From a virus (taxonomy: Duplodnaviria; Caudoviricetes), in IMG/VR virus record IMGVR_UViG_3300027747_003745, positions 1 through 54,200 of that record: a stretch of 54,200 bases of DNA; one strand, given 5' to 3'. Shown here piece after piece: positions 1-7,390 of the stretch (position 1 is the stretch's first letter; each line of letters begins with the position of its first letter). The position numbers were made by a program, and so were the translations under genes. The notes under the pieces were generated by a model. It was not told the DNA's origin. It saw nothing but the letters and a program-made list of their open reading frames with translations, and did not search any database.

Positions 1-1845
1 CAAAAGAACTGTATATCTTCCAGATGTTCCATCTACGGAAACTATCTTTCCGCTTTCTCCTGATTCCTTTATTTTAACATAAGATCCTATATTGAATCTT
101 TCATCCTCCATGATATCATCTTCTGCATCAGGTGACATTTCAATTTTTGCCAATTCTAAATTTATCTGATTCCATTTTTCTTTAAGAACAGATAATTCTC
201 TATTTAAAAGATTTTGAGCTGATTTTATTTCTTTTGAGTTAGCATAAAGTTCATTCGTCTCCATTAATCTCTCAATCTTAGATATTTCAGTTTCTATCTT
301 AGAAATGTTTTCTAGAACTTTATTTCTGTCATTGTTCATAACAGATTTAACCTTTTGCTCACCTTCCAAAAACTCTGTTAATCCTTCTGATATATCATAT
401 CTTAAAAATTCTTTAACCATATTAACAGCTTGTGTTCCGTTTACTTGAAATAAAGAGTTTTCTCTCATTCCCTCGTTTACTCTGTTAATGTATATTTTAC
501 CTTCCCATTTAATTAAATTAGCACTTACACCTTCATAGATATTAGAAACTATAGATTTAGCAAAATCTAATTCAACAATATCACCAAATCCTCTATATGC
601 TGTAATAACTTTACCTATTGCTTCATTCTCGTTAACCCCAAGGTAAGTATTAGTTTCTAAACTTAAAAGTTTTCCAAGCTCACCTAGAGTTTTAAAATTA
701 AGTTTGCTTTTATCTAGATAAACTGAAATATCAGAATTTTCTTCTACTAATCTAACAGTTTTATTTCCTAAAGCTATAAATACTCCATTCTCGTTTACCC
801 TAACACCGTTTGAATTTAGTACTGAAACAAGATTTAGATATTCTTGAGGTACTCTAGAAATTTGTTTTTGAGTAAGTTTTACGATTCCATATTCAGAAGC
901 CTCAAATAGGGATTTCCCTATTGAAAATATATTACCACCTTTACCTACTGATACTGGAGAATAAACTCTAGATACGCTAGATTCCGATTGTGATACAGTA
1001 GGAATCTCTAAGTTTCTAGAACTTCTAGATTCGTTAACGTTAAGGTAATTAACAAGATTTCTAACAACTGGATTGAATGCCCATTTAGAAATGCTTTTAG
1101 AAAGGATTCTAGAAGATTTCTCTTCAGAGATTAACCAAGAATTTAAAGACTCGCTTAATTCTGAGTAAAAACTAGAACTTCCGCTTGATTTAATGCTTTC
1201 CAATACTTTAGAAACCTCAATCTCTCTAGAATATTTTTCTATTCTTTTATCCAATTTAGAAACAACGCCCGAAACGGTAAAATCCCATTTGAAAGCAGAA
1301 GCTTCTGAAATAAAATTTTGAATTAATTGGAATTCCGGAATATTTCTATATTCAATTAAACTCTTATACTTTTCGCAAAGTATTTTAACCGGATAGTGTT
1401 CATATATCGATGATTCTTCTATCTTAGCTATAGAATCAAGAACGCCCATTCTTCTTAAATTTTGGGAGTCAACAAAAGATTTAGCAACAGAATCTCCACC
1501 CGAAACACTAGCTATCTTAGAGATAACTTCGTCGTTACTTTCTGCATGTTCCTTAATTAAGTATGTGCCTGAATTATTTAAAGGCAAATCCTTTACTCCG
1601 CCCCAAGATTCCATTAGCATTTCTGCTACTTGTTTAGATGTGCTAGCCTCTTCTCTTCTTATAGCATCCCTGTAATTTTCAACATTAGGGATAGCAGGGA
1701 CAGCTGCAAAATTCTCATTTAACACATTAGAAATCTGTTCTGGTGAAATGTCACTCTTTCCGTTTAGATAATCCTCGCAGATTTGTCTAACCTCAGGTGA
1801 TTTTGTTTGATTTTTGAGTTGTCTAACTTGGTTTACAAATTCCAT
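1..1845 (-). CDS. Large hypothetical protein, truncated at window edge (>=615 aa); putative prohead core/internal virion protein
   Basis: Not in the ORF track. Manual translation from ATG at 1845 (MEFVNQVRQLKNQTKSPEVRQICEDYLNG...) stays open to base 1. Many [LIV]xE motifs (VLNE, LME, VNE, LFE), a coiled-coil, and an SH3/KOW-like segment FNIGSYVKIKESGESGKIVSVD at the edge. GATATATA motif upstream. Confidence 0.6.
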   Translation of the reverse strand, partial: MEFVNQVRQLKNQTKSPEVRQICEDYLNGKSDISPEQISNVLNENFAAVPAIPNVENYRDAIRREEASTSKQVAEMLMESWGGVKDLPLNNSGTYLIKEHAESNDEVISKIASVSGGDSVAKSFVDSQNLRRMGVLDSIAKIEESSIYEHYPVKILCEKYKSLIEYRNIPEFQLIQNFISEASAFKWDFTVSGVVSKLDKRIEKYSREIEVSKVLESIKSSGSSSFYSELSESLNSWLISEEKSSRILSKSISKWAFNPVVRNLVNYLNVNESRSSRNLEIPTVSQSESSVSRVYSPVSVGKGGNIFSIGKSLFEASEYGIVKLTQKQISRVPQEYLNLVSVLNSNGVRVNENGVFIALGNKTVRLVEENSDISVYLDKSKLNFKTLGELGKLLSLETNTYLGVNENEAIGKVITAYRGFGDIVELDFAKSIVSNIYEGVSANLIKWEGKIYINRVNEGMRENSLFQVNGTQAVNMVKEFLRYDISEGLTEFLEGEQKVKSVMNNDRNKVLENISKIETEISKIERLMETNELYANSKEIKSAQNLLNRELSVLKEKWNQINLELAKIEMSPDAEDDIMEDERFNIGSYVKIKESGESGKIVSVDGTSGRYTVLL

Positions 1846-1868
1846 AGTTTTTAATTATTTTATCTTTT

Positions 1869-1876
1869 TATATATC
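1869..1876 (-). promoter_or_regulatory. Putative late promoter GATATATA
   Basis: The same octamer recurs just upstream of many structural genes in this window. Confidence 0.65.
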
Positions 1877-1927
1877 TAAAAAGGAAAGCACTTTTTCTAT
1901 ATATTTGGGTTCTATTGCTATTTTTTA

Positions 1928-2413
1928 CTATCTAGCAACTAATATTTCCAATTTTATATCAATATCGGTGTGGGGATTGCAAAAAACTATACCTCCGTTC
2001 TGAGAATAGACCCCAGGTTTTGAAAGAAGCCATCCCTCCTCTATTGAACTGAATGTGGAGATTTTTTTTCCGCTAAGTATCATAAGGGTACCCATGTTAT
2101 TAGTGGATCCCTCGTAGGTCCAGCTTAAATGCTTTTTAGACTCGACAGTAAGATTAGGAAAGGTTGCTTTTACAGCAATAAAAGACACATAACCGAGATC
2201 ATCACCTATATCAGTTTGACTTAATAAGAAACATTTGGTAGCCTTTAGAATAACCCTACTTTTTGAGAAAGAAACTAGTTCCTCCTCTATATCCTTTAGA
2301 CTTAAATAGGGAGGTGGGGTAGTCTTAGTTCCGTCATCTAAAGCTAAGCTTCCTCTGTTGAATATAAACCCAGGAACTTCCGGGACTGGACATATAGTTG
2401 GTTGTGTAGCCAT
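1928..2413 (-). CDS. Hypothetical protein, paralog of 2415-3089 (probably virion-associated)
   Basis: 161 aa; shares VKA-x-[FY]..W-x-Y-x-G..N-x-MG..M[IV]LSG..GG..F-x-NP..KL-x-I with its neighbour. Confidence 0.6.
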   Translation of the reverse strand: MATQPTICPVPEVPGFIFNRGSLALDDGTKTTPPPYLSLKDIEEELVSFSKSRVILKATKCFLLSQTDIGDDLGYVSFIAVKATFPNLTVESKKHLSWTYEGSTNNMGTLMILSGKKISTFSSIEEGWLLSKPGVYSQNGGIVFCNPHTDIDIKLEILVAR

Positions 2414-2414
2414 T

Positions 2415-3089
2415 TTAACTTGCTATTATTATTGTAAGCTTGACGTTTAAGCCAGTTGGATTAGTAAAGGATAATCCACCAGTAGAGATATCAGCTGATC
2501 CTGTGTGACCGTATGTAGAAAACGGATCCATATCCCAGCCATACCACGATGAACCATTTTTAACAGCACCACTTAGAACCATAATCTGCCCCATCGGATT
2601 TCTTACTGATCCCTTATAATCCCAGAATATAACTTTATCAGAATCCGTTGCTTCTGGGAGATATTGAGCTTTAACAACTATCATTGACACCTCACCATTT
2701 GTTGTTTGTAGAGATGAAGAATCTATATTGATCGTGGTTTCTGGGTTTATAACAAAAGTTTGCTTTTGGTATTCTGAAAAATCTAAAAGTGGATGAAAAA
2801 ATTCAGAAAGACTTAGGAAGTCTAGTGTTTCTGCTTTTCTACTAATGACAATCGAATCGTTTATAAAGTTTAATACCGGTTTGGTGTTAAATCTTTTGAA
2901 CGTCTCATCTATTTGTTTTAACTGCTCCCTTAAATTAGCAACATTTGTATATTTTGTAAAAAAATCACTTCCAGTGGGTCCGGATGGTGAAAGAGGATAT
3001 TCAGACGATCCACCAGATAAATCAGATCCATGAAAGCTTGAATTTCCACCGTCAAAATCCTCTACTTGTGATGTGTTGTTTTCTGCCAA
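2415..3089 (-). CDS. Hypothetical protein, paralog of 1928-2413
   Basis: 224 aa, TTG start; C-terminal beta-rich domain shared with the downstream gene; Gly/Ser-rich N-terminus. Confidence 0.6.
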   Translation of the reverse strand: MAENNTSQVEDFDGGNSSFHGSDLSGGSSEYPLSPSGPTGSDFFTKYTNVANLREQLKQIDETFKRFNTKPVLNFINDSIVISRKAETLDFLSLSEFFHPLLDFSEYQKQTFVINPETTINIDSSSLQTTNGEVSMIVVKAQYLPEATDSDKVIFWDYKGSVRNPMGQIMVLSGAVKNGSSWYGWDMDPFSTYGHTGSADISTGGLSFTNPTGLNVKLTIIIAS

Positions 3090-3105
3090 TTTTTTAAATT
3101 ATATT

Positions 3106-3804
3106 TTATTTTATACCCATTCTGTATCTTAATACAGGATCCTCTACTCTTTTGTTAAAATTAACCGGTTCAATTCTCTCATCTGCCCAATTAGATGGGT
3201 TGACGTTTATCTGATCATTTTCTTGAGGGTTTAATTCGGTATTCACATCTTCTACTAATATCTCGTCCTGTGGTATCTCCGTTTCTATCTCAGGTTCTAG
3301 ATCTATACTTGGGGCATCTGCTGCGGGTTCACCCTTAATATCTGTAGTTTCTATATCATTACTATCAGATTCACTTGGCTTTATGTAGTCAACTAAAGAT
3401 TTTATAAATCCTAGTGAAACTATTGGAAGAATTGCTCCACTTATTATAGAAAGTAACCTTTTTTGAAAAATAATATCTTCGTCAACAATCCCGAATAACT
3501 CACTCCAGTATCTAAATTCGCTCAGGTGAGTATACGCATAATAGGTATTACCCATAGCCTGCATAGCAGTTAATATGATAAATAGGGTCCAAACTAAAAA
3601 TTTATTCATCTTCTCCAAAATGATTAGGGAAGATAAAGAAGCAGCAGCTCCGACCTCGAAAGCCAATGCTAATGAGATAGCTAGCCATTTAGGGTTAGAC
3701 AGCTCGAAGAAGTTTATTACGTGAACTGTTGAAATAGCAGAAACTATTAAATAAAGGGTAACGAATGTACCTATTATAAAATAATGGGTGGTCTTTTTTT
3801 TCAT
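3106..3804 (-). CDS. Integral membrane protein (about 4 TM helices, acidic C-terminal tail)
   Basis: Hydrophobic stretches YFIIGTFVTLYLIVSAISTV, WLAISLALAFEVGAAASL, FLVWTLFIILTAM, LLSIISGAILPIVSLGFI. Confidence 0.7.
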   Translation of the reverse strand: MKKKTTHYFIIGTFVTLYLIVSAISTVHVINFFELSNPKWLAISLALAFEVGAAASLSSLIILEKMNKFLVWTLFIILTAMQAMGNTYYAYTHLSEFRYWSELFGIVDEDIIFQKRLLSIISGAILPIVSLGFIKSLVDYIKPSESDSNDIETTDIKGEPAADAPSIDLEPEIETEIPQDEILVEDVNTELNPQENDQINVNPSNWADERIEPVNFNKRVEDPVLRYRMGIK

Positions 3805-4091
3805 TAATTACCTCCTATCTTTTTTAGTTCTGCATCAATTTCTGATTGTCTATTAACATCCAGAATTTTTCTATCTGTAGACTGTATCATTCTCTTCTCC
3901 GCTTTTAATCCCTCTATTTCAATTATCCTTTTTACCTCGTCGCGATTTGCCATCGAGTCTAATCTAGAATTTGCAGTCTTAATTTGTTTTTCAATATTTG
4001 AAGACCTTCTACAATTACTACATTGTCCTATCATTAGAACAACCAAAATAGCTAAAACAATTTTACTGAAGTTTTTTTCAATCTTTTGCAT
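3804..4091 (-). CDS. Small membrane-anchored coiled-coil protein (possible lipoprotein/spanin-like)
   Basis: N-terminal hydrophobic segment IVLAILVVLMIGQC followed by a coiled-coil; stop overlaps the next start. Confidence 0.55.
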   Translation of the reverse strand: MQKIEKNFSKIVLAILVVLMIGQCSNCRRSSNIEKQIKTANSRLDSMANRDEVKRIIEIEGLKAEKRMIQSTDRKILDVNRQSEIDAELKKIGGN

Positions 4092-4107
4092 ATCTTTTTA
4101 TTTTTTT

Positions 4108-4115
4108 TATATATC
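4108..4115 (-). promoter_or_regulatory. Putative late promoter GATATATA
   Basis: Octamer about 17 nt upstream of the 4091 start. Confidence 0.65.
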
Positions 4116-4131
4116 TATATTTTTATGCAAC

Positions 4132-4157
4132 AAAAAAGCCGGAGGTATTCCCCGGCT
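4132..4157 (-). terminator. Intrinsic terminator
   Basis: AGCCGG...CCGGCT stem followed by T6 on the minus strand, after the 4178 stop. Confidence 0.75.
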
Positions 4158-4177
4158 ATTAATTATATCTATTTAAA

Positions 4178-4723
4178 TTATTCTACCGAGATTCCCTGCA
4201 TAGCTGCAGATAAATCCCTTTCTAAATCTCTTATTTCTTTAGCGTCTGTTTTTGCATCACCTAAAGCCTGATCAAAAGCTTTATAAAGTGTAATAAATTC
4301 CTCCGCACTCTTAAGACCTCTTCCCTTTCCCTTAGAAATGAAATAATGGCTAGCTTCCAGAGGTAATGCACCTAAGAACACAACAGAATTTTTAATTCCG
4401 CCTTCCTTCTTGATTTTCTGGATCTGCTTATTTATTTCTCTTATACCTAATGCTTCTGTACCTGCCCATTCAGCATCTTCGTTTATGAAGTTCTCATACT
4501 TTTTGAATAGATCATCAGACATAGTCACTGCGTAAACCTTATTTTTAATCTCATCTTTCTTAGAAGAGATTTTTTCCTCTAATTCACTAATTAAATTCTG
4601 ATCCAAATTAGATTCTATATCTAGGCCTGGGATATCCACACTCTCCATTGTCTTAAACTCAGTTACGTCAGAAGCACCTGGCTCCATTACTTCGATTTGG
4701 TTGATTGTTTTTTCTGTTTCCAT
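4178..4723 (-). CDS. Hypothetical acidic coiled-coil protein
   Basis: 181 aa ORF with its own promoter motif and terminator; no family recognised. Confidence 0.65.
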   Translation of the reverse strand: METEKTINQIEVMEPGASDVTEFKTMESVDIPGLDIESNLDQNLISELEEKISSKKDEIKNKVYAVTMSDDLFKKYENFINEDAEWAGTEALGIREINKQIQKIKKEGGIKNSVVFLGALPLEASHYFISKGKGRGLKSAEEFITLYKAFDQALGDAKTDAKEIRDLERDLSAAMQGISVE

Positions 4724-4743
4724 TTTAACTTTTATTTTTTATT

Positions 4744-4772
4744 TTTTTATTATTGTTATAGCGAATTGTTTC
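4744..4772 (-). promoter_or_regulatory. Putative ECF-type promoter GAAAC-N18-TAAAAA
   Basis: One of six intergenic copies with conserved spacing. Confidence 0.55.
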
Positions 4773-5578
4773 TAATCTATGTTAAAAATATCAAATTCTA
4801 TTCTATTATTATTAAGATAGGTTCTAAGTATTTCTCTTAAATCTTTAGCTGGATATATTTTAGGAGGACCATCTGGACCTATATGGCAAAGAAATCCACT
4901 CTCTGTCTCTATGTTTGCTTCCTCTTCCAAAATTAATCTATAAAGGCTAATCTGTATAGAGTACTCATTATGATTATTTTCCCATAAATGTGAAAATGGA
5001 TGTAAAAGCTTTTTGTATTTTCCCTTAGGGTGGGAATCATCCTTAAATTCTCCGTTTGTTTTCCAGTCACCTATTACTAAGAAAGGACGATTAGATTTAT
5101 CATCCCAAAAAATCAGGGGTTGATCAATAGTTCCAGACAGTCTCCACTTTTTAGAGAAAATCTTAAGCTCAGATTTTAGAGGGTGGAATGCATTTAATTT
5201 TCTATTATAAAGATCTAAAAACTTTTCAACCCTTTCTCTTGTTTCCAAATCATCAGGTAACTCCGGATTATGCCCACTCCAAAAATCCTCTATGTATTTG
5301 TGAACTCTGGTTCCTATCCCTGTTGCTTTGTTAGATTTTTGCTGCCACTCCTCAAGTATAACAGATTGATCTACACCCCTCTCCTCTGCTTTCTTTCTAG
5401 ACCAATATTCCCTATTAAAGGGTGTTTTGAAGGTTTTAAGAAAAGTTGTTACTGAATCAAATTTAGATCCAGAATATCTATATGTGTGGGATTCCTCCTC
5501 GAAGGTAAATTTAGAATCATTAAAGATCTCTAATTTCTTCTCCATCTCAGATTTAGCATTAATTAGCTTTTCATTCAT
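4772..5578 (-). CDS. PD-(D/E)xK superfamily exonuclease
   Basis: SVTT, GTRVH, SE...LSGTID, IGDWKT and YSIQISLY motifs of the RecB/lambda-exonuclease-like fold. Confidence 0.85.
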   Translation of the reverse strand: MNEKLINAKSEMEKKLEIFNDSKFTFEEESHTYRYSGSKFDSVTTFLKTFKTPFNREYWSRKKAEERGVDQSVILEEWQQKSNKATGIGTRVHKYIEDFWSGHNPELPDDLETRERVEKFLDLYNRKLNAFHPLKSELKIFSKKWRLSGTIDQPLIFWDDKSNRPFLVIGDWKTNGEFKDDSHPKGKYKKLLHPFSHLWENNHNEYSIQISLYRLILEEEANIETESGFLCHIGPDGPPKIYPAKDLREILRTYLNNNRIEFDIFNID

Positions 5579-5581
5579 AAA

Positions 5582-6019
5582 TTAAAATATATTGTGACCA
5601 AATCTGTATATAGTAAATATTAGACCAATTAATAAAGAAACCTCAACAATAAATCTTAATATCCAAAGTAAAGAAAGATTTCTAAAAAAATATTGATAAA
5701 CAACTAGATATGACTCATCATTTGATCCCTCTATTGGATTTATATACATTGTCAATACCTCTTCGAGATTTAAGCTTTTAAGATAGTCATTAATTGGTTT
5801 AATTTCACTTATAACAAAAGAAGGTCTGGCTTCCTTAGGTACATCTGTAGCAAATATCACCTGGGGTGGTAGATTAACCACAGTATAGATTCTTCCAATC
5901 CAGTCTTTTCTAAGATTTCTTCTAGACCACAAAGGTGAATCTAGAGATTCCTTCTTAATTAATTTAAGATAATCTCTATACACCTTTAGTTCTCTTAAAA
6001 CTTTAAAAATCCTTAGCAT
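5582..6019 (-). CDS. Hypothetical protein with C-terminal transmembrane helix
   Basis: 145 aa; hydrophobic C-terminus LLWILRFIVEVSLLIGLIFTIY. Confidence 0.65.
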   Translation of the reverse strand: MLRIFKVLRELKVYRDYLKLIKKESLDSPLWSRRNLRKDWIGRIYTVVNLPPQVIFATDVPKEARPSFVISEIKPINDYLKSLNLEEVLTMYINPIEGSNDESYLVVYQYFFRNLSLLWILRFIVEVSLLIGLIFTIYRFGHNIF

Positions 6020-6033
6020 TTCATCCTTTTTAT

Positions 6034-6062
6034 TTTATAGAGATTGAAACAATTATTGTTTC
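6034..6062 (-). promoter_or_regulatory. Putative ECF-type promoter GAAAC-N18-TATAAA, overlapping palindrome GAAACAAT-T-ATTGTTTC
   Basis: Motif read directly; overlaps the 3' end of the sigma gene. Confidence 0.55.
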
Positions 6063-6664
6063 TTATCCATTTTTTTTCTTATTCTCCCCCTTGCTCTTCT
6101 TATTCTGGTAGCAATAGATCTTTTCTTAATGTTATACTTATCAGCTATATCCTTGTATTTCATTCCATTAATCTCACGATCTATCATAATCTCTCGATAG
6201 AGTTCAGGAAGCTTTCTTATCTCGTCCAAAACAGATTCGTAAACCAAATCTATTTTATTCTCCTCTGAGAAAAATGCATAATCTGGATCTTCCTCCATTA
6301 CATAAAATCCACCCAAATTTCCTATTGAATTTTTAGTAGAAAGATACTCTAATTGTGAATCCTCGTGGCTTGCGTATCTTTTTCTAGATTTCATCAATAA
6401 AAGGGATTCGTTTCTAGCAATATTATAACACCAGGTAGAGAAGTTTCCTCTCTCTAAATCGTATTGATCTATCTTTGACCATATTTTCGCCATGGTGTTT
6501 AGAAAAGCATCCTCCGCTAATTCAATATCCTTTAAAATTAAAAAACAGTGATTTGAAACCCCGGGTCTTAATCTTTCAAAAAGATCATTAAATGATTTAT
6601 TGTTTTTGGAAACAATAAAATCTTCTGCTAATTTTTGGATGTTTTTCTCTTTGGTTTTTTGCAT
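6053..6664 (-). CDS. Sigma-70 family ECF-type RNA polymerase sigma factor
   Basis: Region 2 (AEDAFLNTMAKIW...FSTWCYNIARN) and region 4 HTH (LPELYREIM...GMKYKDIADKYNIKKRSIATRIRRAR). Confidence 0.9.
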   Translation of the reverse strand: MQKTKEKNIQKLAEDFIVSKNNKSFNDLFERLRPGVSNHCFLILKDIELAEDAFLNTMAKIWSKIDQYDLERGNFSTWCYNIARNESLLLMKSRKRYASHEDSQLEYLSTKNSIGNLGGFYVMEEDPDYAFFSEENKIDLVYESVLDEIRKLPELYREIMIDREINGMKYKDIADKYNIKKRSIATRIRRARGRIRKKMDKKQ

Positions 6665-6705
6665 TTTAAATGGTTTACGTGAAAAAATTAATTTATGATT
6701 GATTA

Positions 6706-7326
6706 TTAATAAGGTTCATTTATTTTAACAACCTCAACCCCAGCTTCTAAAAGAAATGGAATAGATTCTGGTTTTCTGTATAGTTCAGAAAAAACTACCC
6801 TTTTTATTCCCGATTGAATTATTAATTTTGAACATTCAAAACATGGCGAGAGGGTAACATATAATGTTGATCCATCTGAGCTTTGTGTACTTTTTGCCAA
6901 CTTGGTAATAGCATTTGCTTCTGCATGTAAAACATAAGGGAGTGTAACCATATCCTCATCCTCGCATATATTTGGAAATCCTGAGGGTGAACCGTTGTAC
7001 CCATCCGATATAATGGATTTATTTTTAACCATCAAACACCCAACTTGCATTCTTTTAGAGTGTGAATTCTCACCCCACGTTTTAGCCATTCTAAGATAAA
7101 TCATATCCATGTTTAAACTCTTAAAACTTTCATGTATGGAGGGATTTGATTTATCCAGCAAAGCCGAATTATCCCACTTTGAAACGATAACTCTATTCTT
7201 TATCTGATCAAATATGATATCGGTATATGGTTTAGCAGACCAATTTTCAAGGTTAACAAAACCTGAATCTACTAAATCTGAAAAAGAGTGGAAATTATGT
7301 GATCCTTTTAAGTCTTCAAAACTCAT
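6706..7326 (-). CDS. cd: dCMP deaminase (ComEB/T4 cd family) with N-terminal extension
   Basis: GYNG, HAEANAI and PCFEC zinc-binding motifs. Confidence 0.92.
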   Translation of the reverse strand: MSFEDLKGSHNFHSFSDLVDSGFVNLENWSAKPYTDIIFDQIKNRVIVSKWDNSALLDKSNPSIHESFKSLNMDMIYLRMAKTWGENSHSKRMQVGCLMVKNKSIISDGYNGSPSGFPNICEDEDMVTLPYVLHAEANAITKLAKSTQSSDGSTLYVTLSPCFECSKLIIQSGIKRVVFSELYRKPESIPFLLEAGVEVVKINEPY

Positions 7327-7342
7327 TATTATTTAATTTTAG

Positions 7343-7350
7343 CAAATATA
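7343..7350 (-). promoter_or_regulatory. Bacteroidota-type housekeeping promoter -7 element TATATTTG
   Basis: Matches TAnnTTTG, about 17 nt upstream of the dCMP deaminase ATG; no clear TTTG -33 element. Confidence 0.5.
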
Positions 7351-7390
7351 AAGAATAAGGACGGGATTAAAAAATATTAAAGAGTATTTT

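Noticed and set aside
4772-5578. Cas4 call for the PD-(D/E)xK nuclease
   Set aside because: Lacks the four-Cys Fe-S cluster pattern and any CRISPR context.
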